Shown piece by piece: positions 19,590 to 29,512 of a stretch of 64,000 nt of DNA. The DNA is from Candidatus Hydrothermarchaeota archaeon. Lineage in GTDB: Archaea > CAYFZR01. Each line of letters opens with the position of its first letter. Within the stretch, counting starts at the first letter, position 1. Where the stretch lies: contig JBHIEG010000007.1 of the NCBI GenBank assembly GCA_046760505.1, positions 1-64,000 on the forward strand, given 5' to 3'. A program made the translations under genes and the position numbers. The notes under the pieces were generated by a model. The model searched no databases and was not told the DNA's origin. It saw nothing but the letters and a program-made list of their open reading frames with translations.

Positions 19590-20722
19590 CGTCTCACCAT
19601 GTCTAGCTTACTGTACGGGCCGATTACATTTCCTGCTCTAAAATGAAACATCGGACCTATAACGCTGAAATCACCTATCACAACTCCAAATTCGTCGTTA
19701 GATCCCTTTGCAACAACCTTGGATGCTAACTCAGAACCTTCTCCGACTATACTTCTCTCAAGAAAGACATCATCCGAAATTATCACGTTGTCTAAAACAA
19801 TAGAATTTGCAATAACGGAGGAACTAGAAATCTTCGTACCGGGACAGATGTAAGTATAAGGACCTATTGTGCAGTTTGGACCTATGTCCGTGTTTCTTGA
19901 TATGTAAGAGGGTCCTATTATGCGAGTACCAGATCTTACTATTGCCCTCTCCTCTATGACTACATTTCCCTCTATGATTACGTCTCTATCAAGATCTCCT
20001 TTGTTATCAGGGGATATATTACTTAAAAACTTCATGTTGGCTTCAAGCAGATCAAATGGATGACCTGTATCCTTCCACCACCTTTCAATAATGTATCCAA
20101 GTACTAATTCTCCCCTGTTAACAAGTCCCTGAACTGCGTCCGTAATTTCATATTCTCCTCGCCAAGAAGGCTCTAGCGTCTCTATAACTTCGAATATCAC
20201 TGGATCAAAAACGTAGATGCCTGCTACCGCAAGGTTGCTTGGAGGAATTCTTGGCTTCTCAACTAAATGAGTTATTCGATTCTCTGACATTTTCGCGACT
20301 CCGAATTTACTTGGATCTTCCACTTTAGCCAGGCATAAAGTTGCTTGAGCCTCATTTTCTCTATGAAATTTTAATAGGGGATTTAGTCTGATATCACTTA
20401 GTACATCACCAAGATATACCAAAAAATCGTCATCAAGATAATTTTCAGCGCAGGTTAAGGCGTGAGCCAACCCCAAACGTCTTTCTTGAGTTACATACTC
20501 TATATTGAGATCGAAGCGCGTTCCATCTCCGAAGTAATCTTTGATGTATTCACCTTGATGTCCTATAACCATGATTATATCCTTGAAGCCCGAACCATGG
20601 AGCTTTGTTATCACATGTTCGAGTATAGGTTTCCCTGCAACTGGAAGCATGTGTTTGGGTCTTGTAAACGTAAATGGTCTCATCCTAGTGCCTAGACCCG
20701 CTGCCAAGATAACCGCTTTCAT
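19586..20722 (-). CDS. Glucose-1-phosphate thymidylyl/uridylyltransferase, long form
   Basis: MKAVILAAGLGTRMRP.T..RPK, GLAHA, YLGD, VEKP, RGEYEITDA and WKDTG motifs. Confidence 0.85.
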   Translation of the reverse strand: MKAVILAAGLGTRMRPFTFTRPKHMLPVAGKPILEHVITKLHGSGFKDIIMVIGHQGEYIKDYFGDGTRFDLNIEYVTQERRLGLAHALTCAENYLDDDFLVYLGDVLSDIRLNPLLKFHRENEAQATLCLAKVEDPSKFGVAKMSENRITHLVEKPRIPPSNLAVAGIYVFDPVIFEVIETLEPSWRGEYEITDAVQGLVNRGELVLGYIIERWWKDTGHPFDLLEANMKFLSNISPDNKGDLDRDVIIEGNVVIEERAIVRSGTRIIGPSYISRNTDIGPNCTIGPYTYICPGTKISSSSVIANSIVLDNVIISDDVFLERSIVGEGSELASKVVAKGSNDEFGVVIGDFSVIGPMFHFRAGNVIGPYSKLDMVRR

Positions 20723-21728
20723 GCTTAAACCACTCAATGGTTTTTTTCAACCCCTCCTCCAGCGAGACTTGGGGTTTCCAATCCAGTAATCTTCTTGCTT
20801 TAGATATATCCGGGCATCTTCTTTTAGGATCATCTTCTTGTTTAGGATAGAAGGTTATCTCTGATTTGGATTCCGTTAGTTTTTTTATCATTTCTGCCAG
20901 TTCGATTATTCTCGTTTCTTTGTTGTTCCCTATATTTATTACCTCTCCTTCCAGTCCGTCGAGCAAAGAGAGATATAGAAAGCCGAGTATTTGATCTGTT
21001 ACATAGAGAAAAGATCTAGTTTGGTTACCGTCTCCAAATACGGTTATTGGTTTTTCAGAGAGAGCTTGTTCTATAAACCTTGGTACAACTCTACCATAGA
21101 CATCGCCTGCTCGCATTTTAGGTCCATAGGTATTGAATATTCTTGCGATTCTTACGTCTAATCCATGTTCCCTATGATATGCTATCACAAATGATTCTCC
21201 ACATCTCTTTGCTTCATCATAACATCCTCTAGAGCCTAAAGAATTAACATTCCCATAATAGGATTCAGGAGTAGGGATAAATCTCGGATCCGGATCTCCA
21301 TAAACCTCACTGGTACTTGCGTAAATAAATCTAGAATTGTATTTTTTAGCTATTCCCAAAGTAATCCAGGTACCAAGAGTATTTGCCTTAAGTATTTGTA
21401 TAGGATACCTTGAAAACTCTAGTGGAGAGGCACGACTGGCAAGATGCATTACTAGGTCAAATTTTTCATTAAAAAAGATAGGCTGGGAGATATCATGTTT
21501 TATGATTTTAAAGTTTTCTCCTATTAGGTGGTTTACGTTGTCCAATCTTCCGCTTGAAAAATTATCTATGCATGTAACATTAGCATTTTGTGAAACGAGG
21601 ACATCGCAAATCCAAGACCCCAAAAATCCTGCTCCACCCGTTACTAGTACACTTTTATCTTCAAACGATAAATTTCTTTTCCTCAATTTTTCTAATATGC
21701 TACTTACTCCCTCTCTGCATACGTCCAT
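20685..21728 (-). CDS. UDP-glucuronate decarboxylase (UDP-xylose synthase), SDR family
   Basis: TGGAGFLGS, HLASRASP, ASTSEVYGDP, CYDEAKR, RIFNTYGP and DDPKRRCPDI motifs. Confidence 0.88.
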   Translation of the reverse strand: MDVCREGVSSILEKLRKRNLSFEDKSVLVTGGAGFLGSWICDVLVSQNANVTCIDNFSSGRLDNVNHLIGENFKIIKHDISQPIFFNEKFDLVMHLASRASPLEFSRYPIQILKANTLGTWITLGIAKKYNSRFIYASTSEVYGDPDPRFIPTPESYYGNVNSLGSRGCYDEAKRCGESFVIAYHREHGLDVRIARIFNTYGPKMRAGDVYGRVVPRFIEQALSEKPITVFGDGNQTRSFLYVTDQILGFLYLSLLDGLEGEVINIGNNKETRIIELAEMIKKLTESKSEITFYPKQEDDPKRRCPDISKARRLLDWKPQVSLEEGLKKTIEWFKHESGYLGSGSRH

Positions 21729-21900
21729 GAAGCCTTCCTACCTAATTCTTTCTTCTCAACTTATTTTTAAATTTTTGACTATTTATAAAGGCTTGGCTAG
21801 AAATGCGCGAGAGCATCTAACACTCCATGCTATCGAAATAATTATATAACATCATGGTTCACCTACCTTTTCCCACTATCTCTCTCATCGAGGCAATCGC

Positions 21901-23667
21901 ATGGTAAAACTAACAGACACAATATTCAGGGATGCTCACCAGTCTCTTGCGGCAACAAGAATGAGAACAAGGCACATGCTACCGTAGCAGAGAAACTGGA
22001 TCAGGTTGGATTTTTCTCCCTCGGGGTATGGGGCGGCGCCACATTTGATTCATGTATAAGGTTTCTCAACGAGGACCCGTGGGATAGAATTAAGTCTCTC
22101 AAAAAAGTTCTTAAGAATACGCCCATGCAGATGTTGCTTAGAGGTCAAAACCTAGTCGGCTACAGACATTATTCTGATGATGTGGTTGAGAAGTTTATAG
22201 TTAATGCAGCGAAAAATGGAATAGACATATTCCGTATATTTGACGCCCTGAATGATATAAGAAACATGGAATTCTCCATAAGATTGCAAAGAGGGAGGCC
22301 GCACATGTACAGGGTTGTTACTGCTACACCATCAGCCCGGTTCATACTATGGAGAGAACTATTGAATTTTTCAAGGAATTAGCCTCTCTGGAAGTTGATT
22401 CTTTATGTATAAAAGACATGGCAGGACTTATTCGTCCAAAAATTGCTTACGACATGATAAAGAAGTTAAAAAAAGAAATCAACTTACCTATCGATTTACA
22501 TTGCCATTGTACAGCGGGTCTAGCCCCAATTAGTTATTATGCTGCTTGTGAGGCAGGAGTGGACATATTAGATACGGCTATTTCACCATTTGGATGGGGC
22601 ACTTCCCAACCTCCAAGAGAATCTATAGTCGCTGCCCTACAAGGTACCCCCTATGATACTGGTATAGACCTAGAGTCGCTTGTTGAAATAGCGAGTGACA
22701 TCAAAAAGATAAGGGAAAAATACGCGCATCTCATAGTCCCTCTATCAGAGAGAGTTGATACCAGAGTTCTGGTTCATCAGATACCGGGAGGCATGTTTTC
22801 CAATTTGATTTCTCAGCTGAAAGAGCAGAATACTATGGAAAAATTTGAAGATGTATTAAAAGAATTGCCTAGAACAAGGAAAGAACTGGGGTATCCTCCT
22901 TTAGTTACTCCTGCAAGTCAAATTGTAGGGATTCAAGCCGTTTTAAATGTCGTTTTGGATGAAAGATACAAGATGGTGCCAAAAGAGGTTAAAGATTACG
23001 TAAGAGGGCTATATGGTAAGACTCCCGCTCCGGTCGATGAAAAGATTAAAAAAATAATCATAGGAGATGAAAAACCTATAACCTCTAGGCCTGCAGATCT
23101 TTTAGAGCCGGAGTTGGATAAACTTACAGAGAGGCAAAAGAAAAGGGAATTCTACATAAAGAAGAGGATTTAATAACCTACGCTTTGCATTCTCAAGCGG
23201 CTGAGAAATTTCTAAGAGGAGAATTAATAGAAGAGCCTCTGGAACCTGTTGAAGAGGTACGAACACCCGAGATTATAAGTCCTGAAGCCGGTCCGGTGAG
23301 AGAATTCAAGGTTATTATTGACGATAAGCCTTACAAAATAAGGTTACAGGAGTTTGAGGCCGAACCATCTGTAAGAGAAGAAGTTTTATTGGCGAAGGAG
23401 AAGACAGTTAGTCCAGAAATCACGGTTCCAAAGGCTAAAGAAGTATCTCTGCCTGATGGAGAAATAACAAGCCACATGCAGGGAACAATAATAAGGATAA
23501 ATGTTAATGTTGGGGATTTCGTAAATGAAGGCGATGTGCTAGCGGTATTGGAAGCAATGAAGATGGAGAACGATATAGTAGCGATAAGGTCAGGAACAGT
23601 CAGTAAGATACATGTTTCTGTGAATCAAACCGTAACTAAAGGAACACCCTTATTTCTAATATCGTAG
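21901..23667 (+). pseudogene. pycB: Pyruvate carboxylase subunit B / oxaloacetate decarboxylase alpha (carboxyltransferase plus biotinyl domain), broken by three -1 frameshifts
   Basis: Four consecutive frames give TDTIFRDAHQSLAATRMRT | WGGATFD...QMLLRGQNLVGYRHY | IKDMAG, HCH, HQIPGGM, GYPPLVTP | EAMKM; shifts near 21984, 22280 and 23130. Confidence 0.85.
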
Positions 23668-23724
23668 TTTATCATGAAATTACCTTGATTTTTTCCGCAA
23701 CCTTTTATCCCATCGTAAGTTTCC

Positions 23725-24396
23725 TTATTTTAAGTTCTTTTTTATTTTAAGTTCCTTTATTTTATGGGGTAAATGGGCGAAATCTTTGAAGTCAATTCCG
23801 TAACACAATACGTTAAGACCCGCTTTTTTAGCGCCTTTGCAATCTCTCTTACGATCGTTTCCGACGAATATGCATTCTTTTGGAGAAACCCCAAGTGAGG
23901 AGACCGCCTGTTCAAATATCTTTCTATGGGGTTTGCGCACCTTTACCATATCTGAGGTTATTATTAATTCAAAATAATGTGACAGTCCGGTATAATTTAG
24001 ATCAGACAACACCCATTTTAAGGGGGCATTGGTTATGATCGCGAGTTTATATTTTTTTCTGAGATCTTCGAGTGTGTTTTCAACGTTGATAACCGGGAAA
24101 ACGAGTTCGTAATATTTTTTATAAATTTGCAATAGGAGTTCAACATGATTTTCTAGAACTTCATGCCCTAACAGGGAAAATATTTTTTTTACCGCGCTTT
24201 TATCATCATGGAGTTTGCCCAGACTATACTCCAAATAGACTGTATTGCGGGCGTCTTCATATTCTGAATATCTTACATCGTATCCAAGTTCTCTGGCTAG
24301 TTTACAAATTGAATTGCCAACTCTAAATGAATCTTTCTCATTCCAAGTTAGAAGCGTGCCGTATAGATCAAAGAGAATTGCCTTTATTTCTGTCAT
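23725..24396 (-). CDS. HAD-superfamily hydrolase
   Basis: FDLYGTL, ITN, RKP..IF and FVGND...D..GA..AG motifs. Confidence 0.85.
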   Translation of the reverse strand: MTEIKAILFDLYGTLLTWNEKDSFRVGNSICKLARELGYDVRYSEYEDARNTVYLEYSLGKLHDDKSAVKKIFSLLGHEVLENHVELLLQIYKKYYELVFPVINVENTLEDLRKKYKLAIITNAPLKWVLSDLNYTGLSHYFELIITSDMVKVRKPHRKIFEQAVSSLGVSPKECIFVGNDRKRDCKGAKKAGLNVLCYGIDFKDFAHLPHKIKELKIKKNLK

Positions 24397-24509
24397 TCTA
24401 TATCAGCTACCTTGTGAGATACTATTAATTTGTTTCTCAACATTTCACATTCAACGGGAAAAATAAGTATAACTTATCGACAAGAAATTAATGTCAGGAG
24501 TGACAAATT

Positions 24510-24893
24510 TTGGCTGGTAAAGATGTTTTCCTATTTAGAAGAGGAGAATACAGAAGATACGGGGAGTTTCCTGGAATTGTGGTAGATCTGTTGAAACCGG
24601 AAGTGGACTGCACAATGGAGCCTGCTATTGCTACATTTGAACCTGAAGCCTCTACTGGAAAGGATCCGTATGTCCATCATGGGGATGAGTTCATACTGGT
24701 ATTAGATGGTGAAATCGAAATAAAAATAGAGGATGAAATATTTACATTGAAAGAAGGGGATGGAATCTACTTTCCTTCGACAAAACCACATGCGGTTTAT
24801 AATAAAAGTAACAAAAAGGCAAAATATTTGGCGGTAAATTGCCCCCCATCTCTCGTGATCATGCCCAGAAGATACGGAATGAACGAGGAATAG
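24510..24893 (+). CDS. Cupin-domain protein
   Basis: HHGDEFILVLDG, L.EGD.IYFPS..PH motifs. Confidence 0.85.
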   Translation: MAGKDVFLFRRGEYRRYGEFPGIVVDLLKPEVDCTMEPAIATFEPEASTGKDPYVHHGDEFILVLDGEIEIKIEDEIFTLKEGDGIYFPSTKPHAVYNKSNKKAKYLAVNCPPSLVIMPRRYGMNEE

Positions 24894-25026
24894 TATCAAC
24901 CTCTGATATGAAAGATGTTGTATTTTTATTTACGATAAAATTTACTATTTCTTTTTAATACTCATCGAAAAATATTTTAGTAAAGATATTTTTACGTTGA
25001 TTTGAGTTCTTTTGGAGGTATGATTT

Positions 25027-26466
25027 GTGGAAAAAGAACTGGTAGAGAGGGCTTATGAGGAAATTAAAAAGGTTTTAGGGGATAAAAAAGTCAGAAAAGA
25101 TCCTGTGGAGTTGTACTGTTATTCATTTGATGCCTCAATTTATAAGGGTAATCCGGACATTGTGGTAAGGACCTCGAGCGCATATGAGGTCTCAGAGGTT
25201 GTTAAGATCGCTAACAAATACAAGATTCCAGTAGTTCCTAGAGGAGCAGGGACTGGGTTAACTGGAGGTGCATGTGCATTATACGGTGGAATAGTTTTGG
25301 ATCTCATGGCCATGAATCGAATTAAAGAGATAAACATAGATAATCAATACGTTGTGGTTGAGCCAGGAATAATTTACGACGATTTGAATTTAGAGCTAGC
25401 AAGCTATGGTTTTTTCTTTCCTCCTGCTCCGGGCAGCGGAAGCGCCTGCTCGGTAGGAGGCATGGTCGCGAATAACGCTAGCGGGATGCGAGCAGTAAAG
25501 TATGGCACGACAAGAAATTACGTCTTAAAGTTAGAAGTGGTAATGCCTGACGGAAATATAATCACTACGGGATCTCTTTCCTCAAAGAGTTCAGCCGGAT
25601 ATTCTCTAAAAGATCTTTTTGTAGGATCCGAAGGAACTCTTGGCGTTATAACAGAGATTACACTAAGAATAAAACCTCTTCCTAAGCATTCATCAGCACT
25701 GATTGTTTCCTTTAATAATGTAAGAGAGGCAGGAAAGGCAGCATCGGAAATTTTGAAGACCGGAATAGTGCCAGCGGGAATGGAAATCCTGAGCGAGGTG
25801 TGCATTGAAGCGGTTAAAAGGGTTAAAAAGATAGAGTTTCCGGAAGGGAAGGCAATTTTATTCATTGAGACAGATGGAGATGATGTATGCGTCAAAAATG
25901 ATACTGAAAAGATAATTAAGGTCTGTAAAGAAAACAATGCGTTATTTATCCAGCACTCTGAAGATAAAGCAGAAATAAAAAGAATGATGGCTGGCAGGAA
26001 GGCTCTAAGTCCCTCTCTATTCAACTATGATCCGCGCTTAAATCCGGTATTTCTAGCAGAAGATATTGGTGTGCCTATTTCAAGCATCCCTGATGCCATA
26101 GAAGAAATAGAAAAAATAGCATCTGAAGAAGGTTTGGTTATAGCAGTATTTGGACACATAGGTGACGGAAACCTCCATCCAAGGATGTTAATAGATGTTA
26201 GAGATGAAGAAACTTGGAAGAGGGCCGATAGGGCTGCTAGAGAAATATACAAGATAGCCAAAAAATACGGCGGAACGATAGCAGGAGAACACGGTGTTGG
26301 AATTACAAGAGCTCAGTTCTTAAAATTGGAACACGGCGAGAGCTTAGAGATTATGAGAAAAATAAAGAGGGCACTGGATCCCAACAACATAATGAATCCT
26401 GGTTTGCTCTTTGATTATAAAGAAACTCAATTAGATCATTTAAGATACAGGGAGACAGTCTTATGA
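25027..26466 (+). CDS. FAD-linked 2-hydroxyacid dehydrogenase (GlcD/Dld, D-lactate dehydrogenase-like)
   Basis: PRGAGTGLTGG, GSEGTLGVITE, GHIGDGNLHP, GEHGVG and DPNNIMNPG motifs. Confidence 0.88.
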   Translation: MEKELVERAYEEIKKVLGDKKVRKDPVELYCYSFDASIYKGNPDIVVRTSSAYEVSEVVKIANKYKIPVVPRGAGTGLTGGACALYGGIVLDLMAMNRIKEINIDNQYVVVEPGIIYDDLNLELASYGFFFPPAPGSGSACSVGGMVANNASGMRAVKYGTTRNYVLKLEVVMPDGNIITTGSLSSKSSAGYSLKDLFVGSEGTLGVITEITLRIKPLPKHSSALIVSFNNVREAGKAASEILKTGIVPAGMEILSEVCIEAVKRVKKIEFPEGKAILFIETDGDDVCVKNDTEKIIKVCKENNALFIQHSEDKAEIKRMMAGRKALSPSLFNYDPRLNPVFLAEDIGVPISSIPDAIEEIEKIASEEGLVIAVFGHIGDGNLHPRMLIDVRDEETWKRADRAAREIYKIAKKYGGTIAGEHGVGITRAQFLKLEHGESLEIMRKIKRALDPNNIMNPGLLFDYKETQLDHLRYRETVL

Positions 26467-27539
26467 TAGATTACAGAGACAGAATTATAAAATGCGCCCT
26501 TTGCGGGGAATGTAATACACAATGCATAGTTTTAAGAGAGATCGGTTGGTTGTCTAGCGGTCCAAAAGGTAAGATTTTAATGTCCGGACTTGCTTTAGAA
26601 GGTAAATTAGAAAAAGACCTTGATAATTTGTATTTGTGTACGACCTGCGCTAAATGCGAACCGGTTTGTAATGTAGGGTTAGAGATAGTGGATATCATTG
26701 AGCATGCTAGGAGAAAACTGGTTGAAGCAGGGATTACAAAATTACCTCACGAAAAAATGGCAAACAATATCTTCAACTACGGAAATCCCTATGGAGAAAA
26801 AGAAAAGATAAGGTTAGATTCAAAACTTGTGGAAAAAGAAAGCGCTGAGTACGTTTTTTTCCCAGGTTGTACGGCTAAATACAGAGTAAACGAGATAATG
26901 TTATCTTCTATAGATATATTTAATAAAATAGGGTTGGATTATGTGGTGTTTGATGAAAATTACTGTTGTGGAAGTCCACTATTTAGAACGGGTTTTGCGG
27001 GAGGTTTTGAAGAAAGAGCAGGATTACTCGTGGAAAAACTTAATAAAAAAGGAGATAAAGTAATAACTGCATGTCCTGGGTGTTATAGAACCATGAAAAA
27101 TGACTACAGTAAAAAATACGATCTAGAATTAGATATTCAGCATATATCTGTTTTTTTAAATGAAAAGTTGGATGGAATTGACCTTTCTCTCGAGAAAAAT
27201 ATGACAGCCACATACCATGATCCTTGCCACTTAGGAAGGCATATGAATGTCTACGAAGAGCCGAGAAGTCTATTAAAAAAAGTTAAAAACCTAGAACTAG
27301 TTGAAATGACAAATAATAGAGAAAATGCCCTCTGTTGTGGATCAGGTGGCGGTGTACGCGCCGCATTTGATGAACTTGCATATCAGATAGGTAAAAAGAG
27401 GTTAGAAGAGGCTAAAGAAACCAATGCAGAGTCTATAATCTCATCCTGTCCATTTTGCAAGTTGATGTTCGATACTCTCAAAGAAAATGGTTTAAATGCT
27501 TATGATGTTACTGAAGTCATTGCAAAATCCATGAGATAG
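26463..27539 (+). CDS. Fe-S oxidoreductase with CCG domains (GlcF/HdrD-like), probable partner of the dehydrogenase
   Basis: Two CxxCxxCxxxC motifs; FPGC, CCG, TACPGC, YHDPCHLGR, CCGSGGG and SCPFC motifs. Confidence 0.85.
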   Translation: MIDYRDRIIKCALCGECNTQCIVLREIGWLSSGPKGKILMSGLALEGKLEKDLDNLYLCTTCAKCEPVCNVGLEIVDIIEHARRKLVEAGITKLPHEKMANNIFNYGNPYGEKEKIRLDSKLVEKESAEYVFFPGCTAKYRVNEIMLSSIDIFNKIGLDYVVFDENYCCGSPLFRTGFAGGFEERAGLLVEKLNKKGDKVITACPGCYRTMKNDYSKKYDLELDIQHISVFLNEKLDGIDLSLEKNMTATYHDPCHLGRHMNVYEEPRSLLKKVKNLELVEMTNNRENALCCGSGGGVRAAFDELAYQIGKKRLEEAKETNAESIISSCPFCKLMFDTLKENGLNAYDVTEVIAKSMR

Positions 27540-27565
27540 TATGATATGAACGTTGTAATTTAGGG

Positions 27566-28819
27566 ATGAAAATGACAAGAGTGCGTTTGAGATATGGTAA
27601 GGGCTCAATTGAGGTAGACATACCGGAAAAAAATCTAATGGGAATTATTGAACCTAAAGAACTTCCTAGAGCAGTAGATGAAATAAAAGAGATTAATGAA
27701 GCCATCAAAAATCCAATAAACTCAAAAAAGATCTCAGAAATTGTAAAAAATAAAGAAAAAGTTGTAATCATTGTGAGCGACATAACAAGACCAACTCCTT
27801 CATCAAAGATTCTCCCACCGCTCTTGAATGAATTATATTCCTGTGGTATAAAAAATAAAGATGTAACCATTGTTTTCGCATTAGGAATCCACAGGGCGCA
27901 CACGGAGAAAGAGAGAAAAAATTTGGTGGGCGAGGAAATTTATAGAAAAATACGTTGCATCGATCACGACCCTGAAAACTGTATAAACATCGGTAAAACT
28001 TCATATGGAACAAATGTAGACATTTTTAAACCTGTAGCAGAAGCAGACGTAGTTATTTGTACCGGAAACGTAGAATTTCATTATTTTGCAGGATACAGCG
28101 GAGGATCAAAGGCTGTAATGCCGGGCGTAAGTTCTAAGAGAGCAATACAGGAGAATCATCGGATGATGGTTCTGCCAAAGGCTGAGGCTGGAAGGCTTGA
28201 TAGCCCGGTAAGATTGGACATCGACGAGGCTGGAGAAATACTGGGAGTCGATTTCGCCCTAAATGTTGTATTAAACGAAAAAAAAGAGATTGTCAAAGCC
28301 TTTGCTGGAAATCCCACTGATGTGTACAAAGCCGGTGCAAAGTACGTGGACATGATGTATAAAGTTCCAGTTGATCCAGCAGATATAGTAATAACATGTG
28401 CTGGTGGATCTCCCAAAGATATTAATCTCTATCAGGCGCAGAAAGCCTTGGACAATGCCAAAAATGCAGTGAAAGACGGTGGCTCCATCATTCTTGTTGC
28501 AGAGTGTTCGGAAGGTTTTGGAGAGAGCACGTTTGAGGAATGGATAAGGGAGGCAAAGGATCCAGAAGATCTAATAAAAAGATTAGAAGAGAATTTTGTA
28601 TTGGGCGGACACAAAGCAGCGGCTATTGCCTTAGTGATGCGGAAAGCGGAGTGCTATCTGGTATCCAATATGCCTGAAGACCTCGCAAAGGAAGCATTCT
28701 TTATTCCAAAAGGAGATCTTCAGGAAGCACTGGAAGAGGCATTGAGAAAGCAAGAAGATGCAAAGGTACTTGTCATGCCGTATGGTGGATCTACTCTTCC
28801 CTTTCCCAAGACTAAATGA
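27566..28819 (+). CDS. larA: Nickel-pincer-dependent lactate racemase (LarA family)
   Basis: SDITRP, ALGIHR, DHD, HYFAGYSGGSK, ENH and NLYQAQK motifs. Confidence 0.88.
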   Translation: MKMTRVRLRYGKGSIEVDIPEKNLMGIIEPKELPRAVDEIKEINEAIKNPINSKKISEIVKNKEKVVIIVSDITRPTPSSKILPPLLNELYSCGIKNKDVTIVFALGIHRAHTEKERKNLVGEEIYRKIRCIDHDPENCINIGKTSYGTNVDIFKPVAEADVVICTGNVEFHYFAGYSGGSKAVMPGVSSKRAIQENHRMMVLPKAEAGRLDSPVRLDIDEAGEILGVDFALNVVLNEKKEIVKAFAGNPTDVYKAGAKYVDMMYKVPVDPADIVITCAGGSPKDINLYQAQKALDNAKNAVKDGGSIILVAECSEGFGESTFEEWIREAKDPEDLIKRLEENFVLGGHKAAAIALVMRKAECYLVSNMPEDLAKEAFFIPKGDLQEALEEALRKQEDAKVLVMPYGGSTLPFPKTK

Positions 28820-29507
28820 ATATTACCTTGGATGTCTCCTCGCCTTTAAACTTCATTCTATCGCGGTATCCTTTTTCAAATATCTCAACGTTTTTCTCTG
28901 GTACACCCTTCTTTGGTGGTGCCGACTCATATACAACTTTCTTAGCTTCTTCTAAAGGTATTTTCAAAAGATCTTCATCTTTTCTTTTTTCTAGGTCAGC
29001 AATCATAACGCCGAATGAATATGGACCTTTCAGTACGGATGGATATTCCTTGTACTTTGAAAAGTCATATAAAATTATTTTAGGAGGATTACCACCGATT
29101 TTATAGTTTTTGAGTAACTCTAGCAGTTCTTCTCTTGAATAATACCTGGGGCCTTTTATACTTGTCATCACTGCAATTGGTTCGATAACTCTGTAATCGC
29201 TTATTACTGTTAGATCTTTTGAATATACCTTTTCCGCTCGATTTCCCGCCTCGGTGAACATACGCCAGATTTCAGTCATTTCATAGGCATCCATGTAGTT
29301 GATCTCTTGTGGTACCGAACCGTGAATCTCCTTCTCACTTATCCAGACATCCAGACACATGGGCCCCTCCGCCTGAGCCAGCCCTCTGCATTGATATACT
29401 ACTGCATAATATCCTGCCTTAATCGCTGCATCTGCGATTGTCTCAGCAAGAGTTAGATATCCAGAACCTCCAATCGATGGAAGAGTGATTACAAGATCTC
29501 GCCCCAT
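28812..29507 (-). CDS. 2-oxoacid:ferredoxin oxidoreductase gamma-type subunit (IorB-like, divergent)
   Basis: IGGSGYLTLAETIADAA and RGLAQAEG resemble IorB GVGGQG and HGMAQRGG; C-terminal N..IFEKG. Confidence 0.65.
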   Translation of the reverse strand: MGRDLVITLPSIGGSGYLTLAETIADAAIKAGYYAVVYQCRGLAQAEGPMCLDVWISEKEIHGSVPQEINYMDAYEMTEIWRMFTEAGNRAEKVYSKDLTVISDYRVIEPIAVMTSIKGPRYYSREELLELLKNYKIGGNPPKIILYDFSKYKEYPSVLKGPYSFGVMIADLEKRKDEDLLKIPLEEAKKVVYESAPPKKGVPEKNVEIFEKGYRDRMKFKGEETSKVIFI

Positions 29508-29512
29508 CTAAA

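Noticed and set aside
21985-21987. In-frame TAG in pycB as a recoded codon
   Set aside because: Homology continues in the -1 frame, so this is a frameshift rather than stop-codon recoding
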